Virus record (IMG/VR): IMGVR_UViG_3300025276_000003
Location: 1-58,993 of that record
DNA from: a virus
Lineage: Duplodnaviria; Caudoviricetes
Strand: one strand, 5' to 3'
DNA: 58,993 nt
The notes below the pieces were generated by a model that was not told where the DNA came from, ran no database searches, and saw only the letters and a program-made list of their open reading frames with translations. Made by a program: the position numbers and the translations under genes. Within the stretch, counting starts at the first letter, position 1. Each line of letters starts with the position of its first letter. Of the stretch, positions 8,582 to 16,241 are shown one piece after another.

Positions 8582-8814
8582 ACTAGTAGGTCTAGCATGA
8601 TGGGGCAAGATATGACCTAGCTTGTTAGTAGTGAGTACAAGCTACAGCTCTGTCAAGGTAGTTAGCAAGGTTCAGCGCTGGCAAGGTGTGTAGAGCATTG
8701 CACGTTTGTGTGAGTCAGTGGTAAGTTAGTGTCAATGGCATGTCATGTTAGGCTTAGGTCTGGCATGTTATGGTAAGATGTGTGAGGTAATGGGGATGAT
8801 CTGGGGTTGTCAGG

Positions 8815-8901
8815 CGTCAAAGCTCTGGCATGTACTGTCAAGGTTCTGGCATGTACTGCTAAAGTTCTGGCACTTACTGGCAATATTGCTATATACTGCT
8901 A
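8815..8901 (+). repeat. Iteron-like tandem repeats: 3 x 21 bp plus ~10.5-bp phased TGGCA/TGTCA/TGCTA boxes
   Basis: TCAAAGCTCTGGCATGTACTG (8817), TCAAGGTTCTGGCATGTACTG (8838), CTAAAGTTCTGGCACTTACTG (8859); boxes at 8826, 8836, 8847, 8857, 8868, 8878, 8887 and 8897. Confidence 0.8.
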
Positions 8902-9179
8902 CTCCCAATAGATCTTCTCCTTAAATATGACAGCCTGTATAGATCAGGTGATATCTGTCAGTACTAGTCAGTCTTTATCCTCTGGCTATGTATATCTGTA
9001 GTAAAGTGGTCATACCTTGACCTGTTAGACATGCACTTGGTTGTGTATGCTGTCACAGTTGTGGCAAGTGCTAGCCATCGCACTTTAAGATTAATTGGTG
9101 TAGCTCGTGTGATCCGAGCACTTATTCAAAACTAAACCTGTGTCAAGAATGGCACTTTATAACTATAGAGAGAAATACT

Positions 9180-9635
9180 ATGTCCTTATTAAACAAAATG
9201 TCTAACCTTCGTTCAATCGCTTCTGCTACTCCTGCTGTTACTCGTACTGAGATGACTCCTGTCCAAGTAGAGCAGTGTCGTGAAGCTATCAAGCGTGACA
9301 ACCGTGGTTACAATGTTCAGCCTAACCGCTTTGATGTTGCAGTGCCTTACCGTGTTGCTATCAACTTCAACAAGCCTGCACTGGGTAAAGAAGCTGGCTG
9401 GCATAACTTTGGTAACTTCAAGTCTGTTGACGTTGCTGCTGCTATTGGCTCTATTGTCAGTGCTGCATTCTTTGGTGAGAAAGCTATTGGTGGTGAGTAT
9501 GATGCTACTGTAGTTGAGACTCACCCTGAATACACTGCATGGTTGGCTGATATCCGCAATGTTGATATTATTGCCTGTGCTATGGGTGAGTCAGTTGTAG
9601 ACTCTATGCGCGGTACTGACCAAGTACCATTCTAG
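9180..9635 (+). CDS. Stand-alone AP2-like DNA-binding protein
   Basis: YRVAI...GK...NFGNFKSVDVAAAI...SAAFFGEKA fits the phage AP2 pattern; strong GCT/CGT codon bias; own terminator. Confidence 0.55.
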   Translation: MSLLNKMSNLRSIASATPAVTRTEMTPVQVEQCREAIKRDNRGYNVQPNRFDVAVPYRVAINFNKPALGKEAGWHNFGNFKSVDVAAAIGSIVSAAFFGEKAIGGEYDATVVETHPEYTAWLADIRNVDIIACAMGESVVDSMRGTDQVPF

Positions 9636-9640
9636 TGAAC

Positions 9641-9671
9641 AGCCCTGTCCTTAATTGGATAGGGCTTTTTT
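9641..9671 (+). terminator. Rho-independent terminator
   Basis: AGCCCTGTCC-TTAATT-GGATAGGGCT followed by a T run. Confidence 0.85.
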
Positions 9672-9688
9672 GGTTCTTAGGAGTGATT

Positions 9689-9808
9689 ATGTATATATTA
9701 ATACTACCTTTAGCTATACTGTTCGCTGTCTCGTTCTGTGTGGCTATGTCAATTATAGTAGGAATCAAGACAGTGCAGATAGCTTGCAATTCAATATTCA
9801 GGAAATGA
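9689..9808 (+). CDS. Small membrane peptide (39 aa)
   Basis: AGGAG RBS; MYILILPLAILFAVSFCVAMSIIVGIK... hydrophobic; below the ORF-track cutoff. Confidence 0.55.
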   Translation: MYILILPLAILFAVSFCVAMSIIVGIKTVQIACNSIFRK

Positions 9809-9912
9809 CTATGGTTCTGCAAAAGTATAAGTATTACAGAGCAATTGGTGTTGAGCCACTTGAAGCTCTGTTATGGGCTGGCGAAGATAGGTTATATGCT
9901 AGCAGATTGTGA
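9805..9912 (+). CDS. Small hypothetical protein (35 aa)
   Basis: ATGA overlap with the upstream peptide; 3' part of track ORF 9655..9912. Confidence 0.45.
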   Translation: MTMVLQKYKYYRAIGVEPLEALLWAGEDRLYASRL

Positions 9913-10012
9913 AGTCCGTAGGATTTCGCGTACCGTTTTGAGTTGTTAGCCCCTACTAAGCCAGACATGTTCTGCACCTGAAGACTGGCAACTCACTTTA
10001 TTGGAGAACAGC

Positions 10013-10363
10013 ATGAACTATACCGAATATCATAACGAGGTAAGACTAATCGCAGAGGATGTCTACAAACTGGCACTGGAAGCGCACCCAGAAGATAGGG
10101 ACGAACAAGATGAGTTTGTTTATGAGCGGGTAAACGAGGTCGTAGATGGCCATATGTGGGTAATATACTACTCGTATAACTTGTCAGTACTTCAGCACAC
10201 TGCCAATCCAGAAGCCTATCAGGACATCTACAGCAACGAGGACTTAGGTTCCATAGTATCTGAGCATGGGCTTGGAGGATTGCACAGTACAATAGTGTAT
10301 TTCGCAATGGTGGCAGATATTAACGAAGCTATCTACGACACCGCAAACAAAATGGAGATGTAA
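10013..10363 (+). CDS. Ocr (T7 gp0.3)-like acidic DNA mimic, putative antirestriction protein
   Basis: 116 aa, 23 D/E vs 5 K/R by my count; NEVVDGHMWVIYYSYNLSVL and EDLG..STIVYFAMVADINE parallel Ocr segments as I recall them; early location; GGAG RBS. Confidence 0.55.
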   Translation: MNYTEYHNEVRLIAEDVYKLALEAHPEDRDEQDEFVYERVNEVVDGHMWVIYYSYNLSVLQHTANPEAYQDIYSNEDLGSIVSEHGLGGLHSTIVYFAMVADINEAIYDTANKMEM

Positions 10364-10365
10364 AA

Positions 10366-10743
10366 ATGATAGGACTTAAAGAGTTTATCATAGCAGCTGT
10401 TATGAATGTAGGGGTGGCAGATATTAACCCTCAGATAGTTGTAGCTGACCTAACAAGCGGTGTACATGGAGCAACACACTGTGCAGCATCAAAGGAGCAT
10501 GGACTTCGATGCAAGGTATGGATAGACAAGGATAGGCTAGCAGACAAAAGAAACCTGCGTGGATCTCAGTGGACAAGAGTACAGAACACAATACTTCACG
10601 AGATTTGCCACATTAAAGCTTACAAAGTAGCACGTGAAAGAGATGGCACAATCGAAAAGATAAAACCACATGGAATAGACTTTAGAAAATGTGCAAGAAA
10701 GAACAAAGTATGGCTTAGGCACAACTTAGGCATGGGACATTGA
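10366..10743 (+). CDS. SprT-like zinc metalloprotease-domain protein
   Basis: TILHEICH (HExxH) followed by PHGIDF. Confidence 0.7.
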   Translation: MIGLKEFIIAAVMNVGVADINPQIVVADLTSGVHGATHCAASKEHGLRCKVWIDKDRLADKRNLRGSQWTRVQNTILHEICHIKAYKVARERDGTIEKIKPHGIDFRKCARKNKVWLRHNLGMGH

Positions 10744-10913
10744 ACGTTGCAGTGGTAGTACTAGTACTGTCACTAGCAACAGGGTGTTCATTCATAGAAC
10801 TTACTCCCGGAAACAGCAATAGCAAGCCAAAGATAGACCTAAGAGTGGCTGAAGAGTGCAAGATACGTGTAAAAGTAAGTAAACAAGAACTTAAATGTAA
10901 GTGGAGATTCTAA
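10740..10913 (+). CDS. Small putative lipoprotein (57 aa)
   Basis: TTG start overlapping the upstream TGA; MNVAVVVLVLSLATGC hydrophobic leader plus lipobox-like Cys; TAATG coupling to the next ORF. Confidence 0.5.
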   Translation: MNVAVVVLVLSLATGCSFIELTPGNSNSKPKIDLRVAEECKIRVKVSKQELKCKWRF

Positions 10914-11014
10914 TGAAAGATAGTATAATGTCAGCAATAACTTTAGAGCACGTAGCAGTGATTGCATCAATATACATTGTTTGCTACTGTGTTGCACATT
11001 TAAGGGGTGATTAA
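10913..11014 (+). CDS. Small hydrophobic peptide (33 aa)
   Basis: GGAG RBS; TAATG coupling at both ends. Confidence 0.45.
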   Translation: MKDSIMSAITLEHVAVIASIYIVCYCVAHLRGD

Positions 11015-11184
11015 TGGGAATTAACGAGATTGATGTAAGGTTCTTCTTCGACGGACGCAACGGTTTCTTCGAGGTTCAAGAGTACGTATTTGTCACAGCA
11101 GTAGGTGAGATCACTTACGATAGACACACAGTGTTTACTAACGGTGTTAGGCAGATATGTATAACTAAGGTAATAGAAGATTAG
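11014..11184 (+). CDS. Hypothetical protein (56 aa)
   Basis: GGGGTG RBS, coupled start, fills the gap up to the helicase. Confidence 0.5.
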   Translation: MGINEIDVRFFFDGRNGFFEVQEYVFVTAVGEITYDRHTVFTNGVRQICITKVIED

Positions 11185-11192
11185 GAGTTAAC

Positions 11193-12578
11193 ATGGGTAC
11201 AACAAACGCACAAGGCTTGTACCCTGATCAGGTACTCGTAGCTGAACAATTTGAGGCTTGGCTCAACGGTAAGCCAGAACTTTCAGCAGGTCTGTGGGCT
11301 AGTGCAGGGTTTGGCAAGTCTTACTCTGCCAAGTTTCTAATAGATGAGGTAATAATCAGGCAATCTAACTACAACCCAATCATAACTTCCATGACTCACT
11401 CAGCAGTTGAAGTTCTCGAAGGCTTCATTGGCAGACCTGTCACTACCTTACACGCTCTGATGGGCTGGGTTCCACAGATTAATAAGGAAACTGGAGAAGA
11501 GTACGTAAGTACACCAAAGATGCGAGACAAGTCTGCTAAGCCTAAGCTAAACAATGGCATGGTTGTGATAGTAGACGAAGCAGGATTAATGGGTCACGAA
11601 GAGTGCAGGTTACTTGAGCAAGAAGCTAGTGAAGCTAATGCAAGAATCCTGTACATAGGTGATAACAAGCAATGCTTCCCTGTAATTAAAGAAGGTGAGG
11701 AGATGTGCATACCAGCTTACAGATCTACTGGTACGTACCTAGAACTCACAATTCCTAAGCGTGTAAACACTGGCGATGCCATCTACGCACTGTCCATGGC
11801 TTACCGCAAGACTGTTGATGGTTTCAGGCAGCCTAAGCTACGCACAGTACTCAGTCCGGGATCAAGAAAAGGGGTAATAGTGTCAGATGATATCGAAGAG
11901 AATGCAATCAAAGCGTTTAAATCAGCGATCAAGGATGGCACAAGCAAGCAGGTCAAAGTGCTGGCATTCACAAACAAAAGATGCCTCAACCTCAACAGAA
12001 AAATCAGAAAGAAAGTGCTCGGACTATCCACCTCAACCCCGTTAGTAGGCGAGGAGATGGTAGCCAATGCAGGTGTGTCTAACATGCTGGGGGACAATGT
12101 ACTACTCAAGAACAACCAGAAGGTTACTGTAAAAGAGGTCGAACCTACAGAGACTCACGGCCTAAAGGGAGCTTACGTGCTGTTCATAGATGAGCTAGGT
12201 AAGACACTGCCAGAACGTGTCTTTGTTCCTGAAAGCCCTCAAAAGCTAACTGACCGACTAAAGATGATAGCCAACATTGCCAAAGAGTATGCCCAAACTG
12301 CCACAGCCACCAAAGATCAGGGTGAGGCCGAGCAGTTTAGGTTAGCAGCTAAGCAAGAATGGAGATCCTTCTTCGCACTAAAAGAAGCCTGTGCAGATAT
12401 CAGGTTTACCTACGCAATGACAGTTAACAAGTCACAGGGAACTACACTCAAACATGTGTTAGTAGATTTGTATGACATTAACAGCTGCCGTGACAAGGAA
12501 CAAGCTGCTAGGTTAGCTTACACTGCAATTACCAGAGCAACTGACAATGTAACCATTGAAGGTGAGCTGGATGGGTAA
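11193..12578 (+). CDS. dda: Dda/RecD-like SF1B DNA helicase
   Basis: Walker A SAGFGKS, VDEAG, GDNKQ, YAMTVNKSQG, YTAITRA. Confidence 0.85.
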   Translation: MGTTNAQGLYPDQVLVAEQFEAWLNGKPELSAGLWASAGFGKSYSAKFLIDEVIIRQSNYNPIITSMTHSAVEVLEGFIGRPVTTLHALMGWVPQINKETGEEYVSTPKMRDKSAKPKLNNGMVVIVDEAGLMGHEECRLLEQEASEANARILYIGDNKQCFPVIKEGEEMCIPAYRSTGTYLELTIPKRVNTGDAIYALSMAYRKTVDGFRQPKLRTVLSPGSRKGVIVSDDIEENAIKAFKSAIKDGTSKQVKVLAFTNKRCLNLNRKIRKKVLGLSTSTPLVGEEMVANAGVSNMLGDNVLLKNNQKVTVKEVEPTETHGLKGAYVLFIDELGKTLPERVFVPESPQKLTDRLKMIANIAKEYAQTATATKDQGEAEQFRLAAKQEWRSFFALKEACADIRFTYAMTVNKSQGTTLKHVLVDLYDINSCRDKEQAARLAYTAITRATDNVTIEGELDG

Positions 12579-12622
12579 TAACAACATTTGAAAAACCCCT
12601 TTGGGATTAATCTAGGTGACTT

Positions 12623-12751
12623 ATGGATGAATTTATAGTAAAAGTGTTGCAAAAGGTTGTGTGGTCCTCAATTACAGTAATAGTAGTGTTGACTTTAATA
12701 GGGTATTTACTAGTAAGATTTGTTCAAGAAAGCATTCCCCGACAAGGATAG
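12623..12751 (+). CDS. Small single-TM peptide (42 aa)
   Basis: AGGTG RBS; VVWSSITVIVVLTLIGYLLV hydrophobic stretch. Confidence 0.5.
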   Translation: MDEFIVKVLQKVVWSSITVIVVLTLIGYLLVRFVQESIPRQG

Positions 12752-12862
12752 CTGAAGAGCTGTAACCTAGTCCTGCATGCCCTGTTGGGAGTGTAGGCAC
12801 TAACACTGTTGACAAACAAGTAAGTAATGTAAACATAAATGTAAACAAATAGAGAAACTATT

Positions 12863-13174
12863 ATGACAAATGAAGTAATTGAAGTATTCGGACAGTACGC
12901 AGTTCAAATCAACGGTGAGCCAGCACTTTTCCCTACACAAGCAGATGCTCAAGTTGCACTAGCTGTACACAATAACGGCGCTGAGAACCTAAAGTTAGCC
13001 AAGCAGTACTGTGAGTATTTGGGATTAGATGCTTATAGCAAGAACGCTGTAGGCAAGATCAATGTAATCACAGCCTTCCTAAGCTACTGTGATGCGGGCA
13101 GTCCTAAAGCTGAGCCTGTTGCTGAATTAGAACCAATTGAGTATACATCACCAGAAGAAGAGATTGTGTTTTAG
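12863..13174 (+). CDS. Hypothetical protein with acidic tail
   Basis: ORF with AGAG RBS; ends EEEIVF. Confidence 0.7.
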   Translation: MTNEVIEVFGQYAVQINGEPALFPTQADAQVALAVHNNGAENLKLAKQYCEYLGLDAYSKNAVGKINVITAFLSYCDAGSPKAEPVAELEPIEYTSPEEEIVF

Positions 13175-13197
13175 TAATTTGAGAGGAGTGTATTGTA

Positions 13198-13377
13198 ATG
13201 GACCGAGATAGTATAAAAGTACTTACATCACTGCTGGAAGAGAGCTATGCCTACGAAGATTATATAGTAGGCAAGCTTGAAGAAGCACTGATCTATATAG
13301 ACAACATCGAGTCTGAACTAAGACGAGCGCAAGAGACATGCATGCCATTAAATCTTAGGGAGGACTACAACCCATAA
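13198..13377 (+). CDS. Hypothetical protein (59 aa)
   Basis: GAGGAG RBS; MDRDSIKVLTSLLEE...; fills the gap. Confidence 0.55.
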   Translation: MDRDSIKVLTSLLEESYAYEDYIVGKLEEALIYIDNIESELRRAQETCMPLNLREDYNP

Positions 13378-13386
13378 GGAATTAAC

Positions 13387-13779
13387 ATGTTATCACTAGT
13401 ATTACCATTTCTATCATCATTGGTTAGTCCTATCACTACTGTGATAAAAGGCAAGCAAGCTGTAAGAGCTGCTGTGACAAAGGCAAAGATAGATTCAATT
13501 GAGCGAGGTGAGCTATCAGAGATTCAAGCAGATACAGAAGCACGAGCAAATGCTGGTCTAATGGACGATATATCATTCTATGTATTCTTATCACCAGCAA
13601 TATTTGCATTCTGGCCACCGGCATTGCCACATATCAAGGCTGGTTTTCAAGCATTGGAAGGGATGCCACAGTGGTATCAAGCAGCCCTCGGCCTGATGCT
13701 GGCGTCAGTGTGGGGTTACCGCAAGCTTCTTTCACCTATTATACAAATGTTAGCAAAAGCCTACCTTGGAAAGAAATAA
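13387..13779 (+). CDS. Putative holin (3TM-holin-like)
   Basis: Hydrophobic segments with GFQALEGMPQWYQAALGLMLASVWGYR; basic C-terminus; directly upstream of the lysozyme. Confidence 0.65.
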   Translation: MLSLVLPFLSSLVSPITTVIKGKQAVRAAVTKAKIDSIERGELSEIQADTEARANAGLMDDISFYVFLSPAIFAFWPPALPHIKAGFQALEGMPQWYQAALGLMLASVWGYRKLLSPIIQMLAKAYLGKK

Positions 13780-13799
13780 CAAATTGGAGTAAAGACGCT

Positions 13800-14273
13800 A
13801 TGAGAATAGAAGCAATATTAAAGCGTGAAGAGGGATTCAGAAGCCGACCCTATTTATGCTCAGAAGGGTATGTAACAGTTGGTTTAGGTACTAAACTACA
13901 CAGCAAGCTAGGTCAGAACCCGATGGACTTCCCCATTACTGTAACACTAGAGACAGCTGAAGAATGGCTACGCTCTAAAGTAGCAGTTATTGACATGAGA
14001 CTAAGCAACAGTGAGTACGGATTTGCATACGACCAGCTTGAGGACCAGCAGCGGGTAATAGTACTGTCAATGGCTTATCAGATGGGTACAGAAGGGGTAC
14101 TGAAGTTCAAAAATATGTGGGCAGCACTAATATCTGGTGACAACCACTTAGCAGCACGAGAAGCAATGGATAGTAAATGGGCAAGGCAGACCCCTGAACG
14201 TGCAGAGCGCCATGCACGAGTGCTCCGAGGAGAATCTTTTGAGTCAGTCTACTTCCCACCAACTAATCGATGA
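13800..14273 (+). CDS. Endolysin, T4-lysozyme-like (GH24)
   Basis: EEGFRSRPYLCSEGYVTVGLG, MAYQMG, FKNM, SKWARQTPERA; ATG 13800 after GGAG. Confidence 0.9.
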   Translation: MRIEAILKREEGFRSRPYLCSEGYVTVGLGTKLHSKLGQNPMDFPITVTLETAEEWLRSKVAVIDMRLSNSEYGFAYDQLEDQQRVIVLSMAYQMGTEGVLKFKNMWAALISGDNHLAAREAMDSKWARQTPERAERHARVLRGESFESVYFPPTNR

Positions 14274-14901
14274 GTGTATAAGCTACATAAACAACAAGGA
14301 TTGCAGTTACCTCGCCAAGGAAGGCATCATAGTGTTCTACTATAGCGACACTGGTAGACCACAAGACTGTAAGTGGCACAAGCAAACTATAACTGAGACA
14401 CTGCGTATTATCCAAGCACTGTACCTCGACCATGAGTCTGCTGCTAACTTAAAGTATGGGCATTTGATATCCGCATTCCAAGAAGCTGACAGAGTGTACG
14501 AGTACGGTGCAAATTACAACAGGCATAACGTCAAAGGCAGGGTGTTCAACTATATAGAACATGCTGAGTATGACATGACCGAGATTATCATACAGCGAGT
14601 AGTTGTTGAGGTAGTACAGAGACAGTTTCCAGTACTTCTGTTAGGTGAGATTGAGAGCATCATAACAGATCTGGAGATTGCACTGGATGCCGAAAGCCTG
14701 TTCGTTGATCGTAGGGCTAAAATAGAGAACCACTTTGAGAATAATGGCTACCAAGTAAAGACAGGTTCTATGCGACCACTATTTGGTAACAGGAAACTGG
14801 GAGCTGTTGTTAGGATAGGATCATACCCAAGCGAGTTAATTGAAATAACACCAATCATGCACACAGATATTGTAAACCGGATTAAAAAGGAATTGAAATA
14901 A
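14200..14901 (+). CDS. Hypothetical protein (probable start TTG 14239)
   Basis: Long ORF in the operon; GAGGAG precedes TTG 14239. Confidence 0.7.
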   Translation: MQSAMHECSEENLLSQSTSHQLIDECISYINNKDCSYLAKEGIIVFYYSDTGRPQDCKWHKQTITETLRIIQALYLDHESAANLKYGHLISAFQEADRVYEYGANYNRHNVKGRVFNYIEHAEYDMTEIIIQRVVVEVVQRQFPVLLLGEIESIITDLEIALDAESLFVDRRAKIENHFENNGYQVKTGSMRPLFGNRKLGAVVRIGSYPSELIEITPIMHTDIVNRIKKELK

Positions 14902-15233
14902 TGTTAGAAGAATTTAACGAAGAAAGAAGTAAAACAGAAGCTAAGGTTAGTGAACCCCACAAGGCAGCTACAATAAAAGTAGACGGTGAAGTGTATATCA
15001 GTGCAAGTACTGTCAAGTCTTGTCTTGAAGGCCTATACTGTGGCTTATTTGCTACAAGAAGTACGTTAGGCGAAGCATATGATTATGCAAACCTCTTAAT
15101 GAGGGATTCAACAGACACAAATGGTGTAGACTATTCACTAGCAATCGCTGTTGGGGTGTATCAGAACACTATATACAGAGCCATGATGGAAAACCTAGAA
15201 CTACCACTAAATGAAGATGCATCGGAGTACTAA
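14901..15233 (+). CDS. Hypothetical protein
   Basis: TAATG-coupled ORF. Confidence 0.7.
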   Translation: MLEEFNEERSKTEAKVSEPHKAATIKVDGEVYISASTVKSCLEGLYCGLFATRSTLGEAYDYANLLMRDSTDTNGVDYSLAIAVGVYQNTIYRAMMENLELPLNEDASEY

Positions 15234-16060
15234 TGGCAACCGCAGTCGAGAAGCTACCATGCCCCGACTGCAATAGTAGACAATCACTTCAGGTATTTCT
15301 CAACAGAGATGAGGCACTTGGGCTAGACTTCTATAGCTCATTCTGCTTCTCAGAGTGTTGGGAAGCTAAGGGAGATCCGTACAACGGTGGACCTGCCCCT
15401 GAAGTGTATGTCAAAACCAAGGAAGACATAGCAGATGAACTAAAGACTGCAAAGAGCTGTCCCATCTTCAGCCTCAGAAGTAACTACAGGGGAATACCCA
15501 TTGAGTACTTCAAGAGTTGGGGGTGTAGGCAGTTTTTGTCAGAGTTTGACGGAGTTACTCCCTATGCTATTGGTTTTCCTCTTAGTGTTGAGGGGGAATT
15601 GGTAGGTTGGAAAGCCAGACCACTAAGAAAGAAAGACTTCTTTGGTATTGGCAAAACATCTGGTGTAGATCCTTTCGGACTAGAGAGAGCTTGGCCCTTA
15701 GCTACAGATACATTGTGGATAACAGAGGGTGAGTTTGATGCTATTGCCCTTGACTATTGCATGACACTGACTGGTAAGAGTAAGATGTACCCCGTTATAT
15801 CACTGTCACATGGTGGTGGTAGTATAAACAAAAACCTAGAGCTAATTAGAGATAGGTTAATTGAGCGCAAGATTAAAAACCTTGTATTAGTACTAGACGA
15901 CGATGAGGTTGGAAAGCTAGCTGAAAGAGCTGCTCAAAGACTTTGGGATAACGTGTACATTGTTAGCAAACCCGGCTTAGCCAAGGATGCAAACGATGCC
16001 GTATTGTTTGGTTATGAAACAGAGATGGGCAAACTAGCCCTTGGATTTAAGAATGACTGA
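15233..16060 (+). CDS. T7-type DNA primase (Zn ribbon + TOPRIM) without a helicase domain
   Basis: PCPDC...CFSEC, WITEGEFDAIAL, LDDDEVG, KDAND; only 275 aa. Confidence 0.85.
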   Translation: MATAVEKLPCPDCNSRQSLQVFLNRDEALGLDFYSSFCFSECWEAKGDPYNGGPAPEVYVKTKEDIADELKTAKSCPIFSLRSNYRGIPIEYFKSWGCRQFLSEFDGVTPYAIGFPLSVEGELVGWKARPLRKKDFFGIGKTSGVDPFGLERAWPLATDTLWITEGEFDAIALDYCMTLTGKSKMYPVISLSHGGGSINKNLELIRDRLIERKIKNLVLVLDDDEVGKLAERAAQRLWDNVYIVSKPGLAKDANDAVLFGYETEMGKLALGFKND

Positions 16061-16232
16061 TGAATTTATTTATAAAAGTATCTCAGAAGAGCTTGCAAAC
16101 AACTCGGAAGAGGATTTTAAGCCATTAACTGGCAAACTAAGCTTTAATGTAGCAGAAGGCTATATCCGTGATGGAATCTATGTCGGAGATGACATGTACA
16201 TCGAAGGGGATGACTACGAAGATTTGTTTTAG
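16053..16232 (+). CDS. Small acidic hypothetical protein
   Basis: Overlaps the primase stop; ends EGDDYEDLF. Confidence 0.55.
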   Translation: MTDEFIYKSISEELANNSEEDFKPLTGKLSFNVAEGYIRDGIYVGDDMYIEGDDYEDLF

Positions 16233-16241
16233 GAGAAACCA

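Noticed and set aside
8651-9146. Four minus-strand TTGACA hexamers as sigma70 promoters
   Set aside because: No acceptable -10 element at 16-18 bp; they belong to the TG(G/T)CA array.
8281-9179. Enrichment of T7 primase sites (5'-GTC) on the + strand
   Set aside because: About 19 GTC in 900 bp by manual count is only slightly above chance and is explained by the TGTCA boxes.
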